A stretch of DNA of 38,005 bases. It comes from Thraustochytrium aureum (lineage: Eukaryota). The DNA is taken from contig BLSG01000122.1 of the NCBI GenBank assembly GCA_012862495.1, forward strand, positions 53,729 through 91,733, in the 5' to 3' direction. The notes under the pieces were generated by a model. That model ran no database searches and had not been told where the DNA came from. It was given only the letters and a program-made list of their open reading frames with translations. Below are positions 12,323-23,337 of this stretch, piece after piece. Within the stretch, counting starts at the first letter, position 1, and each line of letters starts with the position of its first letter. The translations under genes were made by a program, and so were the position numbers.

Positions 12323-12830
12323 CCGCTCCGCTCCGCTCTGCTCTCTGCTCTGCTCTGCTCTGCTCTGCTCTGCTCGCTCTCCTGTGCACTGTTCTGCCTG
12401 CAGAGTAGGTACTTACTTATGCGCTGCAGAGTGGCGAGCACTGCAGAGTGGCGAGCATGCATGCATGCATGTAGAGTGAGTGAGTGAGTAGCGTGTAGTG
12501 GAGTGGAGTGGAGTGGAGCGAGCACGTTTGGAGTTTCTCAGGCTGTGATAGCAGCTCGAATTCAATCGTTCCAGCTCCGCCTGGCTCACTCACTGCTTGC
12601 GACTCGCCTCGAGCGGGTTTGCACTGCTACTTACCTACTCGCCTGCGACTCCAGTTCGACCTGCTCATGGCCTCCCGCGCTTGTGCATGCTTGCGTCCAT
12701 TTGCGTCCACGCAAGCCGCAATTGTGGACGCGTGCGCGCTTCCTTCCTTCCTTCCTTCCTTCCTTCTCTGGCTGGCTGCCTGCCTGCTGCCTTCGGTGCT
12801 TGGCTTGCTTGGCTTGCTTACTTACCGGTA
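12323..12830. repeat. Intergenic microsatellite cluster: (CTCTG)n, (GCAT)n, (GAGT)n, (GGAGT)n, (CTTC)n, (GCCT)n
   Basis: Directly visible short tandem repeats upstream of the repeat-protein gene. Confidence 0.88.
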
Positions 12831-14187
12831 CCCTCTCTGTCTGGTCTGGGCTTACCCTCTCTGGGCACGCTGATCGTGCGTGAAAAGGGCGCGCGACTCC
12901 CTCACAGGCGCTGCGGAGGCGNNNNNNNNNNNNNNNNNNNNNNNNNNNNNNNNNNNNNNNNNNNNNNNNNNNNNNNNNNNNNNNNNNNNNNNNNNNNNNN
13001 CGTTCGTCGGAAGGCGCTTTTTTTCGCGATTGCGCGGTGGTTTTGGTTCGGGGTTCTTGCGGCCAGAGACGCGAAACGCAAGGCGAAACGCAGTTCGTGT
13101 GCAAAGGACGGCGAGAATCGTTGGTGGTTTTGGCCTGTGCCGTGGAGTGGTAGAGTAGAGCGGCGAGGCCCCTGCGAGTGATGCGCGTGTGGGTTTGTGT
13201 GAGCGGCAGGCGGAGTGGGAGGGACCCTCAAGTGAAGGGAGCGCCAGACTTGAACCCCGCGCCGCCTCACAAGGGCTCGACGCCTCACTCTACGCAGGGG
13301 GAGGGTACAGTACTGCCACGCAGAGGAACACGCGCTCCTCACAGTCGACCGGTGTGCAGACAGGTGTTCGCTTTGTTCGCTGCGTGCAAGGGCCGACGCA
13401 GAGCGGGTGGGCGCGTGGGGTTTTGGTAGCGCGGCGTCCGAGCGTTGGTCGGTCGGTTGCTTGGCGAGGCAGCGCGAGTGCGCGAAGACTTGGCCTCGGA
13501 CGTGCAACGCGGGGCGGGCAATGGTGAGTGTAGTACTCCGTTTACTCCGTGTACTCCGTGGCTGCCTCTGGTGGGTGGTGGGCTGCCTCTGGCCGATGGG
13601 CATGGTCCAGGAGACGAGCAAAGGAGTACGACAAACGGTACTCTACGCACTTGGTTTCTTCTTGCGCAATGCACTTGAGAAATCAAGATGGTGAATGAAT
13701 GCAGGCGAACGGGTGGGTCGCTCGCTCGCTGGCTTGCCGTGCCGATGGCTTACCAGGGTCATCGTCGTCCTCATCGACTGACTGTCTTTGCCGAGCTGCA
13801 GAGCAAGTTGAGGAATACCTACGAGGCGGCCTGCTGGACGACCAACAACTGCCCGCCTGCCTGGCTGCCTGCCCGCCTGCCCGCCGCCGGCCATCCCATC
13901 TGACCTGCTTGCTGCCTTGCCTGCCTGGCCCTTTCTTGCAGTTGGCTCGGCACTTACATCGGCTGATGACTCAGGGAGGTGTTTTCGTGAACTGAAGACT
14001 TGCGCAGGGCAGCAAAGCGCGTTACTACATCCTCGACCTCCTTCCACGCGCACGGCCGCGGCAGGCGCGAACGCACGCACGCACGCACGCGAACGGACGA
14101 GAGAGAAAGAAAGAGCGAGTGCGGGCCGCAGATTGGCGCAGCAGGAGGAGTCGCACAGGGGCTTGAAGGCAGGCAGGTGCCTGGAGG

Positions 14188-17130
14188 ATGGCGCGGTGGC
14201 CGAAATGGGCCACCAGCGCCGGCGCCGCCGGCCTGGCGTTCGGCGCCGCAGCGGTCGAAGGCGGCGTCAAGTTTGCGAGCGTGCTGCCGCTGACGGGCGG
14301 GACCAAGACGATTGGGGCGTACTATCTGCACGGGTACAAGATGGCGTTCCAGGAGTTTGAGGCGAACGGCGGCCTTGTTTGGCGCGGCGAGAAGCAAGAC
14401 CTGAACTTCGACAATGTGCACGTGTTGGACGACCAGTCCAGCAAAACGGCCGGCCCAAAGGCCTTGGACGAGTTCCTGACGGCTGCTAGCTGGACCGAGC
14501 AAGACCCGCTGGTTGTGCTGGGCGGGTACGGCTCGTCGAGCGTCGTGGGCCAAATCAACACCACCGACAAGCACGGCGTGCTGATGGTGAACGGTGGCGG
14601 CGCCTCTAGCACCATGTACGGGCCCCGCAGCAAAGGCGGCAACAACACCAAGCGGCTCGCCTTCGGCCTCCTCGCGGACATTGGCAAGATGGCGAGCTCC
14701 ACGATGCGGTACATGATGATGCAGATGGACGCGGGCCGCCTCCCGCAAAAGCCCAGCACCATCGCCCTCCTCTGGGAGGCCTCGGACCATGGCGAGGCGT
14801 ACCGCCGCGAGGTCACGCGCTTCGCGCTCCAGTACCCAGAGTACTTTCAAGTCGCGTACGCAGCCGACTATCCGTACCCAAACACGCTGGCCTCCCAAGC
14901 GTTCGAGGACATGGCCATGGACCTCTTCCGCACCGACCAGGCGCTGCTCGCTGACAGGGGCCACCGAATCAACGTCTTGCTCGTGGATGCGCACTCGGAA
15001 GACTTCATCAAGCTGCAAGACGAGCTCACAAACCTGGACTTCGAGTTCGACTTTGTTACGTACGGCGCGCGGGGGACCTCGACCAAGGACATCGAAAAGC
15101 TCCGCGAGCCGCAGACGGCAAACCTGACCGTGTCCGCGCAGTGGTGGAGCGCGAGTCTCAACGACGACCGCAGCCGTGACTTTGTCAGACAGTGGCGGAT
15201 CACACAGGCATTCAGCTGGGCCGAGCAGCTCGCCGCCAGCGGTGGCACCGTGGGCCTCTTCGAGCTCGCGGGCGAGCAGCTCGAGGTCGACTGGTACGGC
15301 GCATTGGGCTACCAGGCCGCGCTCGTCCTCTTGGAAGCGCTCAACCGGACAGCGGATCAGACCATGTCCGGCGCCGCCGATCACTTGCGCAGCACGACAT
15401 TTCGCGGCACCATTCTCCCCGGCGGGGACATTTCCTTCAACGAATTTGGCCAGGCAACCAACGACTACACGATCGTTCAGACCAATTTGCAGCTCTTCAA
15501 GTCCAAGGCGGGCAACCTCCAAGTCTCGAACACGCAAGAGACGCTCTACCCAAACGGCGACCCTACGCACTTTCAAGTCAAGTCGGTGTGGCGCGTCAAA
15601 AGCGAGATCTGCGGCCCGAGCCACATGGGATNNNNNNNNNNNNNNNNNNNNNNNNNNNNNNNNNNNNNNNNNNNNNNNNNNNNNNNNNNNNNNNNNNNNN
15701 NNNNNNNNNNNNNNNNNNNNNNNNNNNNNNNNNNNNNNNNNNNNNNNNNNNNNNNNNNNNNNNNNNNNNNNNNNNNNNNNNNNNNNNNNNNNNNNNNNNN
15801 NNNNNNNNNNNNNNNNNNNNNNNNNNNNNNNNNNNNNGGGTCCTCGTTCACGCTCCCGGCAAGCGTCAGCGAGGACTGCGAGTACCTGGCCATGGATTCG
15901 TCCAACGGGCGGCTCATCGTCGCGTTTGCATCTATTGGCGGCTGCGTCTCGTTCTGCAGCTTGCTCGTCCTCTTTTTCCACTACAACCACGTTGTCATGA
16001 AGGCGGGCCAGCGCGAGTTCCTCGCCCTCATGTGCTTCGCAGGCATTTGGTGCAACATCGCCGCCGTGAGCTTCCTCGGACCCAACGTATCCGACATGTG
16101 CGTGACCCGCGTCTTCTCGCTGCTCATGAGTGTCACGCTCCTCATCGGGTCGCTCACTGTCAAGGTGTATCGAATTTACAAGATCTGGAACAACTCGTCG
16201 ATGAAACGGATCGTCATAACCGCGCTCGACATGGTCAAGCTCCTTTCCTTGCTCATGCTGGGCATCCTGATCATCTTCACGGTCTGGGCCCTCGTGCAGC
16301 TGCCGCACGCCGCCACCGATTACGTGGAGAGGTCGGTTGGCGCCTCCACGATCAGCCTCAAGACCCAGGTCTGCGTCTACTCGAGCGACATTGTGTTCCC
16401 TGTCGTCGCCATCACATACGTGCTGCTCATCCTGCTCTATTGCAACGTGCTCAGCTTTCAGGGGCGCAATTCGGACGCAAAGTACATGGAGTCGCGCTCT
16501 ATCATGTTTGCTTCGTACTGCATCACCTTCGTCACGGCGCTCGTCCTCATTCTGGCCGCCGCGGCAGACCTGCCCATGGTCAGCCTGATTCTCTTGATCA
16601 GCCTCAGCCTCATCTTCACGTCAGTTATGTTTGTCGGCGTGGTCCTGGGCCCCAAGATGTACTTTGCAACGCAGCCCGGAATAGAAGGCGTCAAGCGCTC
16701 GATTGAAAGACGCCTCAAGTCTGGCAAGAACTCCTCCATGACTAGTGACGCCGCGATCAGCAAGACCCACACGCAGTCGCTTCTCGACGCACGCGAAGTC
16801 GACACCGTTCACCCGGTTGACGTCAAGCTCGACAATGCCGGCGTGGGAGACGCCTCGCCGCTGCCGCCCTCGATGGTGGGCCTTGACGGGCTTCCCAACA
16901 ACCTGGACGGAGCCAAGGGCCTGGCCAAGCACTGCAGTTCGGAGAGCCACGACTCCACTTCTGCGGAGGAAGACGGCTCGAGCAAGGCTGCGTCGCCGTC
17001 AAACGCTGCAGCGCGGGTGCAGTTTGCCATGGCCACGCTCGGCTCAGACCGGACCATCCACGAAGAAGAGGACGGGACGCCGGAGCCGAGTGCCGAGATC
17101 CACAACACGACCAGCATGTCTGCGGTTTGA
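14188..17130 (+). CDS. Class C GPCR: signal peptide + LivJ/LivK-like periplasmic-binding (Venus flytrap) domain + Cys linker + 7tm_3 + disordered tail
   Basis: N-terminal VKFASVLPLTG...GYKMAFQEFEANGG and VVLGGYGSS (type I periplasmic-binding fold). 7TM motifs HVVMKAGQREFL, LTVKVYRIYKIW, KYMESRSI and LGPKMY. Gap 15632-15837 falls in the linker. Confidence 0.9.
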   Translation: MARWPKWATSAGAAGLAFGAAAVEGGVKFASVLPLTGGTKTIGAYYLHGYKMAFQEFEANGGLVWRGEKQDLNFDNVHVLDDQSSKTAGPKALDEFLTAASWTEQDPLVVLGGYGSSSVVGQINTTDKHGVLMVNGGGASSTMYGPRSKGGNNTKRLAFGLLADIGKMASSTMRYMMMQMDAGRLPQKPSTIALLWEASDHGEAYRREVTRFALQYPEYFQVAYAADYPYPNTLASQAFEDMAMDLFRTDQALLADRGHRINVLLVDAHSEDFIKLQDELTNLDFEFDFVTYGARGTSTKDIEKLREPQTANLTVSAQWWSASLNDDRSRDFVRQWRITQAFSWAEQLAASGGTVGLFELAGEQLEVDWYGALGYQAALVLLEALNRTADQTMSGAADHLRSTTFRGTILPGGDISFNEFGQATNDYTIVQTNLQLFKSKAGNLQVSNTQETLYPNGDPTHFQVKSVWRVKSEICGPSHMGXXXXXXXXXXXXXXXXXXXXXXXXXXXXXXXXXXXXXXXXXXXXXXXXXXXXXXXXXXXXXXXXXXXXXGSSFTLPASVSEDCEYLAMDSSNGRLIVAFASIGGCVSFCSLLVLFFHYNHVVMKAGQREFLALMCFAGIWCNIAAVSFLGPNVSDMCVTRVFSLLMSVTLLIGSLTVKVYRIYKIWNNSSMKRIVITALDMVKLLSLLMLGILIIFTVWALVQLPHAATDYVERSVGASTISLKTQVCVYSSDIVFPVVAITYVLLILLYCNVLSFQGRNSDAKYMESRSIMFASYCITFVTALVLILAAAADLPMVSLILLISLSLIFTSVMFVGVVLGPKMYFATQPGIEGVKRSIERRLKSGKNSSMTSDAAISKTHTQSLLDAREVDTVHPVDVKLDNAGVGDASPLPPSMVGLDGLPNNLDGAKGLAKHCSSESHDSTSAEEDGSSKAASPSNAAARVQFAMATLGSDRTIHEEEDGTPEPSAEIHNTTSMSAV

Positions 17131-17333
17131 TTTCCGCAAGCCTTGCTGAAGCCTGCGCTTGGCTGTGATGGCCGCGTTCCCTTTTCTCGATCAAGAGATG
17201 AAAGTTGCGAGCGAGGGGTCCAGGCGCAAACGTGCGCATGGGCAGACCGGGCTGCCTGCTCGAGCGAACGCCTTTATAAATACAAACCAGTTTCATTCAT
17301 AAGATACACTGTTGCGAGACGAGACGCAGCCTC

Positions 17334-18621
17334 TCAAGGGTAGGCGCTGCTCCCTGCAAGCTCCATTTCCGCCCTTCTGTCCAGGACGACGTTCTCAAAG
17401 ACCTGCAGCAATGGAGAAACGCCCTCCGCGCGCGCCATGTCGGCTCTGAAAGGCCCCAAGTTGAGCTGAGCTATCTCGCCGTCTCGTGACTCAGAAATGC
17501 CGTGGAGGTGCAGCGCGCTCCCAGTCATTTGCTCAGCGCTGCTTGGAGAGTCTGGGCAGAAGACGCTACCCTGACCAGCACCAGCACAGGGATGCGAGGA
17601 TGGCCCGCCAGCCGAGCTCACTTCCTGTTGCGCAGCCTCACGCCTGCCAACAACGCTGCCTGACGTGCTGCTGTGCGAGCTTATCCGCCTACATGCAGCG
17701 CCAAGGGTTTCCAGCACGGTGTCTTGTTGTCCGTTTGCGGCAACGCAGTGCGGTCGCTCGAGCCGCCCGGCGCCCTCCTCCTCCTCCTCATCATCCTGCA
17801 TTGGGCTCCCCGAACACGCACTTGAGCGTGATACGTCCAGCAAGGTAAAGGGGTCCTGCTTGACCTTTTTGGGGGAAAACCAGCGCTCGTCAATGCCGCC
17901 GCCGCCGATATCCATGGCGGCAAGCGCCCCGAAGGGCACAGCACGCTTGTGGCCGGCAGAGCTCGACGTTGGCATCATCGGCGAGAGCGGCGCGCCGGGC
18001 CACCCGTGCCAGGTCTCGCCTCCAGGCCCAGAACGGGCGACCAGACTGGGGCCACAGGGTTTTGCGGCCGGCAATCTGCACCGAAGCCAAAGTGAGAACC
18101 ACTGTGCAACCAGGCGTCTGGGGGCAAGGCACAGCGGCCTGCGCCGCGAAACGCGTTTGCGAGCTCGGCATCTTCGTCCTCGTCGTCCTCGTCAGCCTCG
18201 ATGCCCGTCATAAGCGCCCTGTATCCGNNNNNNNNNNNNNNNNNNNNNNNNNNNNNNNNNNNNNNNNNNNNNNNNNNNNNNNNNNNNNNNNNNNNNNNNN
18301 NNNNNNNNNNNNNNNNNNNNNNNNNNNNNNNNNNNNNNNNNNNNNNNNNNNNNNNNNNNNNNNNNNNNNNNNNNCCGATCTCACGCCTGCGCACGCCTCG
18401 CGTTGAGTCGCGGTGCGCAGCGGCAGCAGGTGGTGGTCTTCGCGCTGCCAGCCCTGCTCGTAGTCGTCGGATCGCGCGTCCTCCATGCACGCCGTGTCCG
18501 GGTCGTTGTCCGGGTCGTTGTCCGGGTCGTTGGGGCGCTCGAGACCGCGGGACCGAGGTGCAGCCAGTAACCCCGCTTGGCCGAGCAGCTCGCCGCCGCG
18601 CGCCCCACCCGCCTCGTCCAT
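17334..18621 (-). CDS. Hypothetical acidic, disordered protein; spans a gap and a probable -1 frameshift at ~17990-18075
   Basis: ATG at 18621 (MDEAGG...NDPDNDPD). After the gap the frame reads EADEDDEDEDAEL, then ORF 17334-18074 (FSPKKVK, DDEEEEEG). No family recognised. Confidence 0.5.
18496..18531. repeat. 12-bp tandem repeat (gtccgggtcgtt) x3, encoding NDPD on the minus strand
   Basis: Directly visible. Confidence 0.85.
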
Positions 18622-19229
18622 GGCGAGCGGAAAGTGCGTCTTGAAATCGTTCTTTTCATGCGCGATGCATCGAAGAACAGAGGTGCTCGGCCAGGCTCGG
18701 GCTCCGAGCGCGGCAAGCCTGAGCCCCCCGGCTGCAAGCCACAAGCAGGCGTAGGGCTGCCTGTGCTGCGCCGTCCTGCTTCGCAGCAACCTAGCTGATG
18801 TGGATCTGATCACTCCGCATCAGCTTTGCGTTGAACAAGAGACTCTCTACTAGAGCTAGACGGAGCCCAAACGAGCGCACGAGCGTGCACGGTCTTCGAG
18901 CGGAAGACGGTTGCGCACGAGGCCCTTGTTTGAACGGCTTGGCTTGCGCCAATCAGTTGGGCTCAAGTGCGTTTGGTCCTTCCCCGCGAGCGCGCGTGCT
19001 GAAGGGCCAACAATTCGCTGCAGCCGCGCATGAAACGGACGCATGCGCAAGCTGGAGAAACGCTGGCTGGCCGGCCGGCCGGCCGGTCGATCAGATCGGG
19101 AATATACCTGTATAATCAAGTTCTACACAGCCCACATTTTGCTCCGCTTGCCTGCCAACCTGCCTGCAAGCCTGCCCGAGCTCGGTCCATGTTCAGTGCT
19201 CAAGTGCTCAAAAGTAGCAAGGTCGACGG

Positions 19230-21448
19230 TCAGCGGTAAGCACCGTCGAGCAGGTAGAGCGCCATGTAGCTGACAATCATGCAGGACAACGTCCAACCCA
19301 GGAAGACGCCCAACACTTGACGAATGATGTCGCTCTCCGGGACCGCCGACTTGAGAAGCACCGCGCTAAAGACGGCGTTCATGGGCGAGATGATCTCGCC
19401 GGCGCTGCTGCCAAGGATCTGCACTCCTGCGACAGCCCATATTGACCCGCTGGTTGGCGTCACGATACCCAGATCAATCGCGGTCTGCACCTGCAGTTGG
19501 CCGAACAGAAAGTTCGACGTCGTCGTACTTCCTGTGAGACCCGAGCCGAGAAGTCCAATAACAGGGCTAAGAACGTAAAGAGCGCAGGCGTGTCTTGGAA
19601 AGCGTCAACGAAAGCCTGCGCGATGGTCTGCGTCATCCCAAAGCCAGACATGATCTTGGCGAGACTCGCGTACGCGGCGATAGACACCAGGATGGGGCTC
19701 GACTCGCGGACAGCTTCGACAAAGCTGGCCTTGATCACTTTGCGGTAGCGGCGGCGGAAGCGCATGTCCTCCAGCTCGGTAACGTGTTCCTTGTGACGCT
19801 TCTCGCGATCCAGCTCCGCCGAACGGAACGGCACGAGGAGTGGTGTGAGTAGGGCGCACCAGATGACGGTCATGCCACTGTGCGAAAGCCACGGGAACGA
19901 GCGGCGCCATGTACCGCAGAGCGCAACAATGTCCATGACAACGGGGTTGAAAAACTTTTGCGCGCCGGGGCTCTGACCGCCTTGCAGAATTTCCTCGAAT
20001 CCTGGGATGGCGCGCACGATGAAGAGCAGGCCCATGAGCAAGGCGAAAGGGAGAACGTAGCTGTGGCGCGCGATGGAGCGGCGGAGCGAGAACGGCTCCT
20101 CATTTTCCTGCGTCCAGCTCGCCGGCGGAGACGTACCGCGGTATCGCTGCCACGCTGGCGGCAGGAAGCGGTGCGCCAGGAAATAGGCCAAAGCCGCGCC
20201 GGCCGAAGTGAGGCACGGCAGCTCCGGACCCAGAAAGCGAGCTGTCACGAGCTGGACAAGACCGTACACAACGCCGCAACCAAACATGAGGCCTGCGTTG
20301 TTGCGCATTTGCGGGACCCTAAACGACTTGGTGTACAGGAAGACCATAAGCGCCGGCGACGCCACGCAAAACACGAGAAACTGGAGGGAAAACTGGTACC
20401 CGATCTGCTTTTCTGCGCACGACAAGTAGGCGATGTCGCCCGCGAGCGGATCGCAGGGGAACGCGACGCCGTTGGTGCTGACCAAGTCGAGCACGTCTTC
20501 CGCGAGCGCGGTGATGCAGACGCCCACGAGGTTGAACGCCGACGTGAGGCCATTCCCAAACAAGCAAATCGCCGCGATCCGCCGCCCTTGCTCGATCTTG
20601 CCGCTCTGCGTCTCCTCGTTGCCAATGTTCATGCGAATGAGAATGCTGCCCGCGATGAGGAAGTTGCTCCCGCCGGGCGCCACAACGGCGATGATGATTG
20701 CAAAGCAGAACAGGACGAGGACGATCTTTTGCGTCGGGTCGTCACACAGAATGCTAAACTCGTCCTGCATGGAGCGCACCACGCCCCAGCGCTCGACCAC
20801 CTCCAGAAATAGAAACGCCGCCAACACGTTAAAGGCGTAGTCGAGCACGGTCCAGATCACGCGTTCAACTACGGTGAGGAACACAATTCCCGTCGTTGTC
20901 ACGAAGTCGTACGAGGCAAGCCAGCCGCTGCCGTCGAAGAGCACGAGCCCAATGAAGATCGTGATAACAACGGTCCACGGCGCTACGACGGCGGAGCTCC
21001 AGTTGAGCCCCAGGATCCCGTTGATTACGAGGAAGAAAGGGATGAGCGACAGGAGGAGCTGCCACGTCGTGGAAAGCGTGCTCGAGTTGGTTGAGTCTAG
21101 GCACCGCTGCTCGCCGGGAACAAACACCGTGTCCTCGGTCTCCTGGCTCGCCCGCGCGCCAGCGAACACAACCACGACGTAGAGCGGCGTGAATACGTAC
21201 GTCAGAAAGAATTTCGTGTGCCGGACGAAGGGCGAGGAGGGGCTCGAAGGGGCTTCCGGCCCGGCGGGCTCCTCGTCGTCAATCGGCGGCTCGAGGCCGA
21301 GCATTGAGTCGTCGCGTCTGTCCTCGCTCACGACGCTCGCGGCGTCGTTGGCCATTTCGGGGTCTTCGCGTGCTGCGTTTGTCGATGTCACCCTGGCCTC
21401 CTTCCCCGCGGCGGCGGGCACTGTGGACGACGCAAAAGTGCTTTCCAT
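19230..21448 (-). CDS. lctP: L-lactate permease (LctP) family multipass transporter; -1 frameshift at 19564-19566
   Basis: LctP-like segments LLSLIP...W, AAFLF...GVV..MQ.....CDDP.QKIVLV and FLGPELP. Adding one C gives FLAPVIGLLGSGLTGSTTTSNFLFGQLQVQTA and GSSAGEIISPMN, matching the GSxTxSNxLFxxLQ and GxxISP motifs. Confidence 0.82.
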
Positions 21449-22690
21449 GGCTTGGCGGACGAAGCGATCGCGCTCTCTACCGCGAGCCAGAGGGAGCTTT
21501 GACTTGGAGACCCCGCGCTGCTCTGCTGGCCCTCCCCGGACTCGTTCGCACGCTGCCCGTCCTGGTCACCCCTGCCTTGGCTGCGCCTTGACTCCCGACT
21601 CAGACGGTGCAGGCGAAGCGCGGAGAGCCTCTCGCCACCGTCGCTCATCACGGTACTGGCAGAGCCACTGCGCACTTCGAGCCCCGTGTACCACGAGTCT
21701 CCACCCTCGCTTCCAGGAGTTGTGGCGTGCGCGCTATACTTGCACTACGTCGCGCTTCCAGCGCAAAGGGTGGGTTGCCGAGCTCTGGCCCGCTTGCCAA
21801 CTGGCCAGGTCGAGAGGGCACGCTGGCGCCGTCTCGCCGTGCCTGCTCGTGCTGGCTCTGTCCAGGCGGCTGTGTGCAGGCGGCTGTGTGGCTGGTGGAC
21901 TCGCTGCTGCTGGCTGCCGCTTCGGCTCTCTCCTGGTGTGCTCTTGCGCGCAGCCCTGATCTGTCGCGGCAAAACAGTCGCTTTTGTTTCGCCGCGATAC
22001 AAACGGACATGCCATGAGGACCTCCGGAGTCACCTGTCAAGTGGCCCGCCCACAATCCACAATCGCGCAGTCCCTCCTGGCCGCCAGGAACGAGGCCGAA
22101 CTCCTCGTGGACACGGTACTCTACTCTAGAGTAGGGAGTACTTTACAGCGAGCAGGGACTCTGCTGCCTCGTGGGCGCGATGATGTGGCACGATGGGAGC
22201 CAGCACCTCTCACGAGGCGTGCGGGCTCAAGGAGTCAAATCAATCAAACAGAGGCTTCACAAATCCGTCAATCCATCGAGCCAACTCAACTTGCCAGTGT
22301 TCCCGCACGTGCCATGATGCTTTTTTTGGCACGCACGCCACGGAGGCTTTGGCCTCCGGCATCGCGTCTGCGAGTGGGACAGTGGGCATGGAGGGGGATC
22401 CTGCCTGGAGTACTTGCCGTGAGGACAAGACCTCCCTGCGCCAAGGCTCGCCCGCCCGCCTGCCCGCCCGCCCGCTCCCCGCTCGCCCGCTCGCTCGCTC
22501 GCCTCCCGGCCAGCGCAGTCGCGTCAAACGAGCAGCAGTTTTCCCGCGTCCAGGTGGGCCAGAGGACAGCCCAGCGCCAACGGACATGTTGCTTCCACAT
22601 GGCCTGCCTGGCGCAGTCCGCTTGCGCGCGGGGCGGGCACCAGAGAAGCGCGGGCGCCGTCGAGCTGCGCGCAGGGAGGCGAAAGCGATC

Positions 22691-23140
22691 ATGAGTTTGA
22701 CTTCGTGGCCGGCGGAGATTTTCAAAAGCCGCGACGTGCTGGTCTGCAGGGAAAGCCTTGCAAGGGCGCTCGCGAGACACGCGGGCGACGGCGCTCGCGA
22801 ACTCCCCGTCGACCTGTTTGTGGCAGCGCTCGATCTGAGCCGCGGCGAGCAGTGGTCGAGGCCGTGCGTGGAGAAGTGGCTCGGTATTCTGCTGGAGGTC
22901 CTTGACTTTGAGTTTGCGCATCCGATGTGCAGCATGGCCCAGAGCTTCCAGGTGTTTCGGCAGGCCGTGCTGAGGTTTGCTTGCGAGCGGCCGCCATGGA
23001 CGGTGGGGCTGTTCTCTCGCGAGCAAGTGGCCGCAATGACGGCGTTCGCCACTGAGAACCACTACCGGCACTTTGAGCTCCACAAGCTGCTCGCCGCGGA
23101 GGCGCGGGACGAGCTCTGGCTCGAGCCCCCGGCGCCCTGA
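22691..23140 (+). CDS. CFAP119: Flagellar central-pair C1a subunit C1a-32 / CFAP119 (CLAMP domain) homologue
   Basis: SFQVFRQAVLRFACERPPWTVGLFSREQV....FATENHYRHFELHK matches the RPPxSxxIF...YFRHYKLY signature; ATG at 22691 within ORF 22193-23140. Confidence 0.8.
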   Translation: MSLTSWPAEIFKSRDVLVCRESLARALARHAGDGARELPVDLFVAALDLSRGEQWSRPCVEKWLGILLEVLDFEFAHPMCSMAQSFQVFRQAVLRFACERPPWTVGLFSREQVAAMTAFATENHYRHFELHKLLAAEARDELWLEPPAP

Positions 23141-23337
23141 AAAGCGACCGCTCGCCCTGCCCCGCGCTGGGATGAGCGCATCCCTGCTCCTTAGTACATA
23201 GCACAGCAAGAAAGAAAAAAGTGGTTGTCTGCGAGTTCGGCGACTTTTGTCCCAGCTACGAATCGATGCGCCGTCGCAACCCAGCGCGGCTACCCTCCTC
23301 ACGCACAAAGCGTCGGCCTCGACCTTGCGCACAGCGG

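Noticed and set aside
19068..19086. (GGCC)n palindromic hairpin or terminator
   Set aside because: Tetranucleotide microsatellite; self-complementarity is inherent to the unit
356..21448. Pseudogene status for the frameshifted genes
   Set aside because: One lesion each, catalytic and signature residues intact where the family is known, no premature stops
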